From NCBI RefSeq assembly GCF_006345805.1, contig NC_043005.1, positions 84,940,001 to 85,004,000 on the forward strand: a DNA stretch of 64,000 bases, given 5' to 3'. A model generated the notes under the pieces. That model did no database searches. It was given only the letters and a program-made list of their open reading frames with translations, and had not been told where the DNA came from. This stretch comes from Octopus sinensis (taxonomy: Eukaryota). Shown here in pieces: positions 12,774-25,860 of the stretch; the stretch's first letter is position 1; every line of letters begins with the position of its first letter. The position numbers were made by a program, and so were the translations under genes.

Positions 12774-12959
12774 GTAAGATTGCATGGTATCTTGAAGACT
12801 AATGTTAAATTCCAATGGATATTCTATGATTCATTGCATCGTTGGTACATCCTTGAAGACGTCTTTCCATTTATTTTATCTGAAACACATCAGGTTAATT
12901 TTGAACCTACTACATGGGTCTGTATTGGTGCTACACAAGGTAAGAGCTATTTATATCAA

Positions 12960-13357
12960 ACTAGCAGTATCGTCCGGCGTTGCTCGGGTTTGTAAGGGAA
13001 ATAACTATATAAGCATTTTTAGAGATGTAAAATTTAATAGCCATCTCAATATGGCTAACCACAAAGGGGGAGTGTTACTGTAGCTTTCTATGTTCTGAGA
13101 TTTAATAATAAAGTTTTAGAGAGTTACTTCCCTTATATATGCCAAAAATGCATTAAAAATGGGAAAAATTGATGGTAAATTTTTTTTTAAATTGTAGACT
13201 CATCGTAGACGTGCGCTAATACCCAGAAGGGCTCGATATGAATCACGACTATAAGATACCCGGTTTTGGTTAAACTGCACTGCAAAATGTGGGAATAGTT
13301 AGGAATCTAAATCATAGGAGACAGACAGCACACAACCTCACTTTTATATATAAAGAT
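12960..13357 (+). mobile_element. Helentron-associated non-autonomous element (DINE-1/HINE-like)
   Basis: actagcagtatcgtccggcgttgctcggg..acagacag..ttttatatataaagat; homologous to 54674-55188. Confidence 0.75.
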
Positions 13358-13554
13358 TTGTACAGTTTTTTAACTCCAGCCTTCTTCAATAGCATGTAAA
13401 TTGTGAGTTCAATGAAGTTATTGTCATCAACGTAGGTCTGGTACCTACTCCAGTATTTCATGAAACATCAGCTCATTCCATTATTATGATATTTCGTTTT
13501 TCGATTTGGTTTGCAAGATTCTTTATATGAGTTCGTGTGTTGAAGCATATTTTG

Positions 13555-13710
13555 TTGTGCCTGGGGAGAGTCATTTTCCTTTTGTACCTTACAATGTAAC
13601 ACACTCAAGACTATTTTTAGGGAAATAAAAATAAGAAATAAGTGGAAATTTTACTGGTGAGTGTGTTACATTGTAAGGCACAAAAGGAAAATGACTCTCC
13701 CCAGACACAA
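13555..13710. repeat. 53-bp near-perfect inverted repeat (hairpin)
   Basis: 13555-13607 pairs with 13658-13710. Confidence 0.9.
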
Positions 13711-13751
13711 CATTATTATGGTGTTACATGTTAAGCATGCATAACTCTTAG

Positions 13752-13834
13752 AATTAAAGGCTGAAATGTTTTATGAAACAGTTGAAGAAGGCTGGGGATG
13801 TTTGTGCAAGGCACCATCTTGTGGGTGGAAATAA
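13752..13834 (+). CDS. Candidate terminal coding exon, protein B (KLKAEMFYETVEEGWGCLCKAPSCGWK*)
   Basis: ataactcttag| acceptor; only one frame open; AAG|gtactt donor just after the stop. Confidence 0.3.
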
Positions 13835-14092
13835 GGTACTTTGTCCCAAAATAATTAATGTATGGAACATATAAACACACACACACACTCACACATACAC
13901 ATATATTAATGTTTGTTTTTATGTTCATTGGTAATGAAAACACTTTTACATTTATCTGATGAGTTACTCTATAATTTTGTATTGAGTACTTTTATTATGC
14001 TTAAATAAGAATATTATTGAATGCATTCCATTGATAGCTTAGCTAGCTGAAGCTTCGAAGTCACTGTCAATGATAGTCTTGTTTGAGAATGA

Positions 14093-14487
14093 TCGTGTGG
14101 TAAGTAGCTTGCTTACCAACCACATGGTTCCGGGTTCAGTCCCACTGTGTAGCACCTTAGGCAAGTGTCTTCTACTATAGCCTCGGGCCGACCAAAGCCT
14201 TGTGAGTGGATTTGGTAGACGGAAACTGAAAGAAGCATGTCGTATATATGTATATGTATATACGTGTGTGTGTCTGTGTTTGTATGTCTGTGTTTGTCCC
14301 CCCAGCATCGCTTGACAACCGATGCTGGTGTGTTTACGTCCCCGTAACTTAGCGGTTCGGTAAAAGAGACTGATAGAATAAGTACTAGGCTTACAAAGAA
14401 TAAGTCCTGGGGTTGATTTGCCCGACTAAAGGCAGTGCTCCAGCATGGCCTCAGTCAGAAGACTGAAACAAGTAAAAGAGTAAAAGA
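14093..14487 (+). mobile_element. CORE-like tRNA SINE family B, near full length
   Basis: gtggtaagtagcttg..gggttcagtccc..caccttaggcaagtgtctt (MIR-core-like)..gactgaaacaagtaaaagag. Confidence 0.9.
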
Positions 14488-14578
14488 GTATATATATATA
14501 TGAGTGTGTTTGTGTGTGTGTGCATGTATGTGTGAGTTCATCATATACATTTGCAAATAAATATTTGCATACATGTAT

Positions 14579-14843
14579 CGCCTGGCCCCGTGCCGGTGAC
14601 ACGTAAAAGCACCAACCGTTCGTGGCCGTTCGCCAGCTCTGTCTGGCACCTGTGCAGGTGGCACATAAAAAACACCTACTACACTCGCGGAGTGGTTGGC
14701 GTTAGGAAGGGCATCCAGCCGTAGAAACACTGCCAGATCTGACTGGGCCTGACAAAGCCTTCCAGCTTCACAGACCCCAGTTGACCCGTCCAACCCATGC
14801 TAGCATGGAAAACGGACGCTAAACAATGATGATGATGATGATG
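14579..14843 (+). mobile_element. RTE 3'-tail copy
   Basis: Tail motif + (gat)n. Confidence 0.9.
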
Positions 14844-14859
14844 TATCCCTCTGTCTGTC

Positions 14860-14891
<32 letters not shown>

Positions 14892-14892
14892 G

Positions 14893-14973
<81 letters not shown>

Positions 14974-15747
14974 GTTTGTGTATGTGCATATGTGTGTGTG
15001 TGTTTGCATGTGTGTAAAAAAAACATTACATTGTCCTCTATAAAATACCAAACAATGAAACTCAAAACTTATTTCCAGTGAGATTTAAATAACAACTCCA
15101 TAAGATTCCCATGTCCATTAAATTACTTCTGTATATTTCCTCCCATTGGTTCTATACATGAATTTATAATAGATAACATTTAAACTGCCAGTTTATTCTC
15201 TCTCTCTCTTTGTGTTTCTCGAAATTGTAACATTATCACTAACTTCTTATTCATGATTAGTACAAGTGAAACTGGTTGACTCTGTAAATATTTAATTTCA
15301 TAAAAGTATATATATATATTTTTTCTTTTATTTTTCGAAATTAAGATAAGCAAAGATCTTTTCATTTCAAATATATACTCTCCTTCATTTTCTGCAAGTC
15401 GATTGTTCGATTTTTCTGAACTGATCAATGGGTTGATTGAGTAACTATATCAATAACGAACCTATAATGACTACGGCAAACAGCTATAAGCCAAATTTAT
15501 AAATAAAGAAAAATATATAATGATCATTATTATATATTACTCTGTGTAAAAGAGAGTATAACTGGAGCATAACCATGGATTTACAATAAAGAACGGTGAT
15601 GAAATACAACCTTGGACCCTGCTACAAAAGTAGGCAGAGGTCTTTACTAATCTAAACAATATTGTTAGCCAGGAGGATTGACAGATAGCTTATAAAGTAT
15701 TTTGCCTCAGTTGATAATCCCTCACAAATAATTCTGTTTTATGTATG

Positions 15748-15866
15748 TAGAAACATTGCCAGATCAGACTGGGCCTGGCACAGCCTACTGGCTTCCCAGA
15801 CCCCCAGTTGAACCATCCAACCCATGCTAGCATGGAAAACAGACGTTAAACGATGATGATGATGAT
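15748..15866 (+). mobile_element. RTE 3'-tail copy (short)
   Basis: Tail motif + (gat)n. Confidence 0.85.
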
Positions 15867-15892
15867 GTATGTATGTATGTATGTGTGTATAT

Positions 15893-15926
<34 letters not shown>

Positions 15927-16532
15927 ATATGTATGTATATGAGCAAAACGCCTCACATCCATCCAATGGACAGTGTTGAGTTTTCAAACATTTAAGCCAA
16001 ATTTTCTCAAAACAACTTGTCCGACCATCCCATAGGCCTACCCTTTGAGAAACACTGATTTGACCTAAATTTGAGACTCCAGCAAAAGAAGAAATAAAGA
16101 TAGACTTTTTTTCTATTCCAAAGAAAAACGATTTTATTCACACAAATATGCTACCGAAGAGTTTAAAGTACCAGTAATGATAAGGCTGTTGACTGGGAGA
16201 ACACAAACATGGTTTAAATAGTAAGCTTGGCAGGAAAGAAACGTGCCTTTAAACAGTACAAAAGCATCAAAAAATGGAAGGTGCAGTTATGTACAGGTTG
16301 ACGGAAGAAAAGCAGGACAAAAACGATGCATGTAAATGGGTTAGCTGGAAGTAAATCTAGATGGAAAAGCATGAGGAAATTATGAGAACGTACCTGGGAC
16401 AATAATAAGTTTATCCGATAAAACATGTAGGAAATCAACTTGGGGTGATTTTTGATGAAAAGTAACAACCTAGGGAACTAAGTAACTAATTTTAAGCTAA
16501 CTTAGTTTACAGGATGTTCAAAGGCATGGAAA

Positions 16533-16757
16533 AGCTAGTGGCAACAGCTGATGTACTTGCGCATACAAAAGCACGTTCCCACGGCTTTATCGATCGTATT
16601 CTCACCTGGAATCGATTTTTGTAATTTTTTCAAGACTTATACACGTCCTGATACCGTCGGTATCTACATATCAAATTTGAGCGCAATCGGATGGAGGATG
16701 CCCGAGATCCTAGAAGACACACACACAGACAGACAGAACAAATTTTATATAATAGGT
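16533..16757 (+). mobile_element. Helentron/HINE-like element
   Basis: caaatttgagcgcaatcgg..acacacagacagacag..ttttatataatag 3' signature. Confidence 0.55.
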
Positions 16758-16899
16758 ATATATGTGCCAGTAGTGTATGACATGCCCACTTATGCGTACC
16801 TGTCCTTCATTGGACACTAAACTCTGCTTGCAAAGACATGTTGAGGCAAGTGAAATTGAAATCAAATTCTCTTTTATTGTCTCTTTTCACAACTACCAA

Positions 16900-17460
16900 C
16901 ATTACTCACGAAGGAATTCTTGTTGGATGGAGGCAGATGATCAATAAGGGAGGGGCAATGTAATGGTGTGGTGTGGGATTTGGCACAATCAAGTAATTGG
17001 ACCATTTTATTTTGAGGGATCTGTGACAGAACCCTCAAAATAAAATGGACATGCTTGGCAACAAGATGATGCTCCATGTGCATTCATTTGGAAGGGGAAA
17101 TCCTGTTTAGTATCTGAAGGATGAGGCCCTGCCCCATTATGCATTACAGGTTCATGATTTTATATATATATATATATGGCCATTGCCAGCCTCACCTGGC
17201 CTCTGTGCCGGTGGCACATAAAAAGCACCATCCGATCATGGCCGTTTGCCAGTCTCGTCTGGCACCTGTGCCGGTGGCACGTAAAAATGGACCCACTACA
17301 CTCGTGGAGTGGTTGGCGTTAGGAAAGGCATTCAGCCATAGAAACATTGCCAGATCAGACTGGGCCTGGTGCAGCCTTCTGGCTTCCCAGACCCCAGTTG
17401 CACCGTCCAACCCATACCAGCATGGAAAGCGGACGCTAAACGATGATGATGAGGAGGAGG

Positions 17461-17491
<31 letters not shown>

Positions 17492-18025
17492 TATATACAT
17501 ATATATATATGTGTGTGTGTGTGTATATATATATACACACACAGGTATGTATATATATATGTGTATATACACTTGTACACACACACACGTATATATATAT
17601 GTGTGTGTGTGTACAGGCACATATGTATTGGAATATCTATCTATCTATCTTTGTATATATACAAGTATAAATATATGATTTCCCAGGGAGATGGTTCAGA
17701 ATGTCGCGGGACAAATGAATTGGCACCACAGTCACCAGATCTAACTCCTGTGGATTTTTTTCTTCTGGGGCTACATTAAATCCTTTGTGTATTCTGAAAA
17801 GATTCGCAACCAAGGACATCTTCTTCAAAGAATCGTTGAAGCATGTGAACAAGTCAACGACAATGAAAAACTTTTTGAGAGGGTCCATTGCAATTTCAAA
17901 TTCCATGTGAACACTTGTTTAGAGCTCCATGGCCACACTTTGAGCATTTGTAATGGATTACCTACTTCATTGCAAATAAAGCATACCTGATATCTCCCAT
18001 GGTGCGTGACTTTGTGACCACCCTG
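16900..18025 (+). pseudogene. Interrupted Tc1/mariner transposase remnant
   Basis: VMVWCGI..IGPFYF..QQDDAP at 16950-17085; PQSPDLTPVDFF..RIVEACEQV at 17720-17950; TIR gtgactttgtgaccaccctg|ta; interrupted by an RTE tail at 17178-17460. Confidence 0.75.
17178..17460 (+). mobile_element. RTE 3'-tail copy
   Basis: Tail motif. Confidence 0.9.
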
Positions 18026-18289
18026 TATATGTGTGTATGTGTATACCTATGTGTATTTGTAAATATAAGATATGAGCATATAATGTGTCTACAAATTCGG
18101 ATTAGTTTTGCTTTGTTCAAATTTCTAAGAAATCCTCACAGCATAGGCTGACCAATTCACTAGAACTATAATTAGTCCCTAAAGTGCCAACATCAAAATT
18201 CACAAATATGCATTTGTGTGTGTGTATGTGTGTGTGTGTGTGCATATGATATGTGAAAGTACATATGCATATGTATAGCTATTCATATC

Positions 18290-18498
18290 TATCTATCTAT
18301 CTATCTATTTTTCTGTCTACCTACATGTCTGTCTGTCGGTCGCTCTGTCTGTCGGTCTGTCTGTAACTCTATCTAAATATTTATCTATCTGTCTGTCTAT
18401 CTGTCTCTCTATCTATCTGTCTCTCTGTCTGTCTGCCTGTCTTTCTGTTTGTCTGTCTGCCTGTCTCTCTATCGATGTCTGTCTGTCTGCTTATCTAT

Positions 18499-18552
<54 letters not shown>

Positions 18553-18557
18553 GTTTG

Positions 18558-18646
<89 letters not shown>

Positions 18647-18650
18647 TTAT
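18290..18650. repeat. (TATC)n/(TGTC)n tetranucleotide array
   Basis: Visible. Confidence 0.95.
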
Positions 18651-18681
18651 ACATATGTATATCTGTTTATGTTTATGGATA

Positions 18682-19250
18682 TACAGATTGCAGTGACTAA
18701 ATTGTTGTTTAAATTATGCAAAAATTAAAATAACACTGACATGTCATTTTAACAGATATATTTACCAAAATTACAAAAAAATATCTTGAAATACTAAAGA
18801 GTAAATTTATTCAATAAAATCGCCATTGGCTTCAGCCATAACCTCCAGACGACTTTGGAATCTCCTACAACTTCCCTGGATGGTCTCTTTGTTTCAATTG
18901 GTGAATGCTGCCATAATCTTTGCCTTTAGTTCATCTTTGGTGTTACAACGAGTTTTGATGGTCTCTTGCTCAACTGTGCTCCACACATAATAATGAAGCG
19001 GTTTACAGTGTGGGGAGTCAGGTGGCCAGATATGAGGCCAGGATGAGGGCAACACTACCTCATCAAGACACCTGATGTAGGCCCCCATGTTGAGTCTGAG
19101 GTCATGTTGATGATAAATGGAGGCATAACGTCACCATCACTGGTGATCACTCCAAACACCATGATGTTGACTGGATATTTGATATTTATCACTCTCGGGA
19201 CATGTTTTGGGGACAGGGCAAGCCAAGAGTTGTTCTGTGTGTTCACCATC
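18682..19250 (-). pseudogene. maT/DD37D-like Tc1/mariner transposase remnant
   Basis: MVFGVITSDGDVMPPF and WPPDSPHCKPLHYYVWS..NTKDELKAKIMAAF; TIR-like tacagattgcagtgactaaattg. Confidence 0.8.
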
Positions 19251-19256
19251 TGTTTG

Positions 19257-19295
<39 letters not shown>

Positions 19296-19337
19296 ATATA
19301 TACGGACACACACACACACACATACATGCACACACAA

Positions 19338-19369
<32 letters not shown>

Positions 19370-19747
19370 GGTAAAATATTTCTTTGCCTTCACCTGTTTA
19401 ATACAATAAGTAAGTTAATTGCATAGCAATTAAAAACATTTGTGTATTAAGAATTTGGGTATTATACAAACAGTATATTTGATAAATATTATCCCTTAGT
19501 GGCTTGGATCCATAACCCCTTACTTACTTGGTGTTATATATATAAGTATATATATATATATATACATATACATAAACACACATGCACACACATATATAGC
19601 AAAACATATTTACTTTTTGAATTCTGAAATTTTCCTATATTTTCAGCACACACACACACATACACGCACACATGTGTGTTTGTACGTGTGTGCAGTTGTG
19701 AGTGTGTCTGTGTGTACACTTGTATATGCATGTGTGTGTGTCTATGT

Positions 19748-19785
<38 letters not shown>

Positions 19786-19930
19786 AATGAGTCATAAAGT
19801 GCAGCAGCCTTTCACTTCATGTTTCCTTATATTTTTGATTTTGCCACATATTTCTTATTTTCCATTTTTTGTTTAACTCATATTTTTGAATTCACATTTA
19901 CATCTTAACAACTACAACAACAACAAAAAC

Positions 19931-19993
<63 letters not shown>

Positions 19994-20292
19994 TAATAAA
20001 AGTAATAATAGTAGTAGTAGTAGTAACAACAATCATAATAATGTCGATAATAATGGTAATAATATTTTTTTTTTTCATCATTTTCATATTTTTTTTCCTC
20101 TCAAAGATTTTTGGAAAACTTTGACATTTTCCGACATCTCTACAATTAGATTTCGGAAATTATTGAATTCTGTTTGTTTTCTATTTCGATCTGGTGTCAT
20201 TGATGTCACCACTTGACATCGCGGAGGTTATACATACATACTTTACATACATGCATACATACATACATACATACTTATATATACGTACATAC

Positions 20293-20327
<35 letters not shown>

Positions 20328-20743
20328 CACATACACATATACATATATATATGTATACACATGCACTGATGTTCTAGCTAAAGATGTTGCATGAGGCAAT
20401 ATATATATATGTGTGTGTGTGTATGTGTGTGTGTGTGAGTGAGTGCATATATGTATGTGTATATATGCGTGTGTGTGTGTGAGTGCATATATGTATGTGT
20501 ATATATGCGTGTGTGTATGTGTGTGTACAGACACATATGTATTGGAATATATCTATCTATTTATCTTTGTATATATACATGTATAAATATATGTGCATAT
20601 ATGAAAAGGATGTGTTATAATACTATTCTGCATATACAAAAAACAGCCATACCAACAATCCAACATACCTCCTTCATCAGCTGCCCCACCGATATCATTA
20701 TAGTTTCGACACCTCAGCAGTCCCATTCAATCCAGTAGTGTCA

Positions 20744-21000
20744 ACATCATCATCATTTAACATCTGTTGTCCATGCTGTCATGTATTGGACAGTTTGACT
20801 AGGGCTGGCAAGATAGAAGGCAGCACCAGACTCCAGTCTGATTTGGCATGGTTTCTATGGCTGGATACTCTTCCTAACACCAACCAGTCTGAGAATGTAA
20901 TGGATGCTTTTATGTGCCACTGTCACAGGTACCATTTGCATGACACCATTGTCTGTAATGACTGTGATTTTATTTGGCTTGACAGGTCTTCTTCTCAAGC
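20744..21000 (-). mobile_element. RTE 3'-tail copy
   Basis: Tail motif, reverse. Confidence 0.8.
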
Positions 21001-21034
21001 ACAATATAAAGCCTCCGTAAGGCCCAACACTCAG

Positions 21035-22250
21035 GGTAGAACTGCCTTTGGCAGTAATTACAGCTTGAATTCTTTGAATTCGTACAAAGTTTGAATTGTT
21101 TCCAAAGTAATTTTTGTCCATCCTTCAGCTAAAACAGTCTCCAGTTCTTGTAGTGATGATGGTGGAGGATATTGACTCCTTATTTGTTTTTCTAAAATGC
21201 ACCATAAATGTCCAATAATATTGAGATCTGGAGACTGTGGTAGCCAGATAATATGTTCAACTTCACTAGAATGTTCCTTGTGCTATTCAGTAACAAATTT
21301 AGCTGTGTGTATTGGTGCATTATCATCCTGAAAGATTACATTTCCCCTCTGGAAACAGTTCTGCAACCTTAGGATAAATTTGATCAGTTAAAATGCTTAA
21401 ATAGTCTTCACTATTAATTCTGCCTTGAAGGGAAACCATTGGACTGGTGGATTTCCAAGATATAGCCTCCCACCCCAGATTATCACAGATCCTCCTCCAT
21501 GTTTAACAGTTGGAAGAAGGCAGTCTGGGTCAAATGATCTTTTTGGTTATCTCCACACATATATTTGGCTGGTGGTTGGAAATAAGGTAATGGATGACTC
21601 GTCCGAGAAAATAACATTCTTCCACTGCTCTAGGGACCAATTCAGTAGGTTTTTACTCCACTCTAAACGCTTTCCAATGTTTGTTTTTGAAAGTAGTGGT
21701 TTTCTGATTGCAGCCCTCACATGAAATCTGGCTTTGTGCAGCTCTTAGCGAACAGTTTTTGTGAAAACTTGGTTCTCAAAGCGGTCATTAAGCTCTACAG
21801 TAATTTTGGGAGCTGTACTTTTGTGATCTTTTCTAACAATTCGAGTAAGAGTCCAACGGTCCCTATCTGAAAGTTTTGGTTTTCTTCTGGAGTTTTGTTT
21901 CAATGAAGAAGTTTTACCCTTTTTCTCAAAGGCTGTCATTACTTTCGAGACAGTGCTTCTTGATATACCAAGCATTTCGGCTGTTTTCATTACACTAGCG
22001 CTTACCATACAAGCACCAACAATTTGACCTCTTTGAAAGTCCAATAGCTCTGTCATTTTAATTAATTTTAATTACCTTTTGCTGATGATATATGACAAGA
22101 AACAGCAATTTTAGCAAAACACTAATAATACAACACTAATAATAAATATAAAAACATAAAAATAAACAATCTTTTGATGGTTTTTATGGATATTTGAGAA
22201 TTATGATGCTATGATGCTAGGTGTTTCCATTATTTTGTCCAACCCCTGTA
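21035..22250 (-). mobile_element. Tc1 (DD34E) transposon, decayed, 3' end lost
   Basis: TIR ta|caggggttggacaaaataatggaaacacc at 22219-22250. Confidence 0.9.
21040..22056 (-). pseudogene. Tc1 transposase pseudogene
   Basis: MTELLDFQRGQIVG..(HTH)..VIFSDES..TVKHGGGSVIIWG..QDDNAPIH..PQSPDLNII; several stops and frameshifts. Confidence 0.9.
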
Positions 22251-22301
22251 TATATATATATATGCATGCACACACTTATATGTATATGTGAAAATACACA
22301 T

Positions 22302-22353
<52 letters not shown>

Positions 22354-22468
22354 GAGATATATGCAAGGGGTTAAAAATAATCGCAGTAGAGCCCACTCAA
22401 ATGGACAGCCATGTTAGAGGATTATGAATGCTATTTGTCAGTACGACTACTGTGCTGATCCCTTAGAA

Positions 22469-22759
22469 CAGGGGTGGGGGAAACTTTTTAGTGCAGGGGG
22501 CAAAAATTTCCAATGGAAAAGGTCTATGGGAGAACACAAGTTCTAACTCTCATAGCAATATGTGTTCTATAGAGAAAACAAAATTTCCATTCAAATGGTA
22601 TTGGTTTAAGCTGTGGTGGAAACACGACCTATGGTCAGGAATAGGCATATGAATATTGTATGAATTTTATAATTGAAAAAAATTTATTATTTTTAGTGCA
22701 TACGAGTATATCAGCCTGCAAGTACAATAGAATGTGCTTGCGGGTGTTTCCCCACCCCT
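22469..22759. mobile_element. hAT (Charlie-like) MITE
   Basis: TIR caggggtggg..cccacccctg; 8-bp flanks ccttagaa/tcttagag (6/8 match). Confidence 0.7.
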
Positions 22760-22816
22760 GTCTTAGAGCGATTTAGAACAAGCATTTTTGCTTTTCTCTC
22801 TCTCCCTCTCTCTCTT

Positions 22817-22852
<36 letters not shown>

Positions 22853-22992
22853 CACGATACACAGTCTTTACATATGTATATATTCTCATAAATGTTTTAG
22901 AATAAACAAATAGGCATAATATAATTTCTAACTGTTGATGTATACTTTTTCTGTATCCTCTTCATTTTCTTCTTGCTGTGTGTGTATATATA

Positions 22993-23180
22993 CATCATCA
23001 TCATTGTTTAATGTCTGTTTTCCATGCTGGCATGGGTTGGATGGTTTGATTGCGGTCTGGAGAGCCAGAAGGCTGCACCGGGCTCCAATCTGATCTGGCA
23101 ATGTTTCTACAGCTGGATGCCTTTCCTAATGCCAACCACTCCGAGAGTGTAGTGGGTGCTTTTTATGTGCTACTGGCACA
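22993..23180 (-). mobile_element. RTE 3'-tail copy
   Basis: Tail motif, reverse. Confidence 0.9.
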
Positions 23181-23913
23181 CACATACACATACATACATT
23201 TATATGTATGTATGTATGTGTATATGACTGTATGTATGCATCATGTTTGCCCAAGATGCCACACAGTGGGACTGAACCCAGGGTCTCTTGGTTGCAAAGC
23301 AAACTTCTTACCCTTTCATATATATATATTACCCTTATAAATTGATTCCACGCACACATTATATACTTTCAGAAACCCAAAGGTAAATAGAGAAGCCTCT
23401 TCTAATAACTGAAGTGTATTTCATGAGGTTTTACTGCATAATCAATACATTTCCCAATGCACTAATAGGTTGGAACAGGTGTGGTCGTGTGGTTAAGAGG
23501 TTTGCTTTCCAGCTATGTGGACCTAGGTTCAGTCCCACTATGTGGCTCCTTGGATAAGTGTTTTCTACTTTAGTCCCAGGTCCACTAAAGCCTTATGAGT
23601 GCAGTCAACTGATGGAAACTGAAAGAAGCCTATTGTATATATATATATATCTAAATCTATCTGTCTATCATGGTCATCCCTTTTCTATGCTTCCATGGGT
23701 CAGATGGAATTCGTTGAACCAGATTTTCTATAGTTCCATGCTGTTCTTTTTCCTCACCTATTTCTGAGCAAAGGTAATATCTCTATGGCCAGACATGTTT
23801 TGTATGGAAGAAAGGAAATGAAGACCACTGCTTGTATGAGGGTGATGCTCATTTACAGCCATCACAGGGTGTCAAGATAAGAGTGCACACACAAACACAC
23901 ACACACACACACA

Positions 23914-23944
<31 letters not shown>

Positions 23945-23952
23945 AACACAAA

Positions 23953-24001
<49 letters not shown>

Positions 24002-24179
24002 GAGTTTCTTTTAGTATGCATCCACCAAATCCAGTTTCAAGGTTTTAATCACCCCAGAGCTTTACTAGAAGATATTTGCTTAAGGTGCTGTGCAATGGAA
24101 CTGAACCAAAGACCACATGATTGAGTACATACATATATATCTTTCCGTTTTTTTTTTTTTATCTTGAAAGTACTTGGTG

Positions 24180-24350
24180 ACCCTGTCAGTGCAGGTGCCA
24201 CTTAAAAGCACCCAATCCACACTGTAAAAATCATGCCAAAACAGTCACAGAAGTCAGGTGCAAGCTCCTGCCCCACTGGTTCTTGTGAAACTATCCCATC
24301 CCTGCCAGCATGGAAAGCAGACATTAAACAATGATGATGATGATGATGAT
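24180..24350 (+). mobile_element. Degenerate RTE 3'-tail copy
   Basis: aaaagcaccc..cagcatggaaagcagacattaaac + (gat)n. Confidence 0.7.
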
Positions 24351-24777
24351 GTTTTGTGGAGTTTTCTCTTGATACCATATGATAGTTACAAATGTACATC
24401 ATTCTTCTACAAGTGATGTTGTCCCCCTTCTTTCTTCCATGGAAACTATGTCTGGTTATGGAAACAGGGGAGGGTCAGCAACAGGAAGGGCATCCAGCCT
24501 TACAACACCTGTGTGAACAGCTTCTATTTGACCCTTTCAGGTATGGAAAGTGGACCCTAAATGAAGACTAATGTTTTTCTATAATTGAGGGCTTGTCTAT
24601 GATCTCATATGAATCCTGGAATTAGAAATTAAATATTCCTCAAATCGATGAAAATACCGATGACACAAAGGGTTAATCATAACTGGAATGTCTTTAATCA
24701 TAGGTTAGTCCAATCACTTGTGACCTGGGGTTAAACTACCCAAATTCAGTGCTGTATGAATTCTAAATAAATGACTA

Positions 24778-25008
24778 TTTCTTTACTACCCACAAGGGGC
24801 TAAACACAAAGAGGACAAACAAGGACAGACAAACGGATCAAGTCGATTACATCGACCCTCAGTGCATAACTGGTACTTAATTTATCGACCCCGAAAGGAT
24901 GAAAGGCAAAGTCGACCTCAGCGGAATTTGAACTCAGAACGTAACGGCAGACGAAATACCGCAAAGCATTTCTCCTGGGTGCTAACGTTTCTGCCAGCTT
25001 GCCGTCTT
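24778..25008 (-). mobile_element. SINE family C, near full length
   Basis: ctttactacccacaaggggctaaac..ctggtacttaatttatcgaccccgaaagg..ctgccagct. Confidence 0.9.
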
Positions 25009-25679
25009 CATTATATATGACTGCTAAATAAATGACTGCTGATCAAAAAAGTTCCCTGGGTTAATTCTCTCTTTTTCTTAAATACTTAAGAAGTCTGTCT
25101 TTCATTATTTATTTCCTCGCAGACTTTCTTATCTGTATTCCTCCCCTGGCGTTAACATTTGAGCTCTTTAAAACAAATTTCAGTCTATTTATTCCACTAC
25201 TGCAGATGACAATACAAAGAATTCACTCCTACATTATTCCTATCCCATTCACTGCCATTGTAAGCAACATTATACACAATGTATAGACTGTTAAAATTAA
25301 ATTAAGTGCGATATATGTAAACATATTAAAACACGTTTTGGTCTCCTATTCAATGAGTGTCTGCTTTGTGGAACAAACTCCTGCAGACTTTCTGTCAACT
25401 TTACACCAGCATTTGTAGTACATAGAATACCAATATATTTCAGCAGACAGTCAGCCTGCGAAGCTGGTCAGGGAGAATCTGAAGATCACCGTAATAGCAG
25501 CTGTATACATCACAGCTGATATAATCAGGAGAACAATCAAAATTGCTACAAAGTGACATTGCAGAATATCATTCTTGCATTGTATTGCTTATCAAACTCA
25601 GAGTTTCATTCAACATCAGATTAAACTGTATCTAAAAGTTAATCTAATTTAGAATCTAGACATTACGATGCATGTTTCT

Positions 25680-25860
25680 GACGTATGAGGTTGCATAAGA
25701 GCGCGGTTTTTGGCAATGAAAGTGTAAAGTAAGTTAATTATGGAGATGAGAGACGAAGCGGTGTCACATTTTGGTATCTATGTTAATAGCAAAGGAAAAC
25801 AAAGAGGGTTATAGCAGCCATTTTGTTGTGTGTAAAGGATAAAGGCTGCACGTCTTGGTA
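25680..25860. promoter_or_regulatory. Possible promoter/first-exon region
   Basis: CpG-retaining unique sequence; YY1-like gcagccattttg at 25814-25825; donor AAA|gtaagt at 25729. Confidence 0.25.

Noticed and set aside
20670-20730. CTGCTGA-GGTGTC-GAAAC on the minus strand
   Set aside because: Core variant with a 1-bp helix II and no helix I or III
22082-22106. CTGATGA..GAAAC inside the Tc1 5' region
   Set aside because: The intervening bases cannot form helix II and no UH triplet follows
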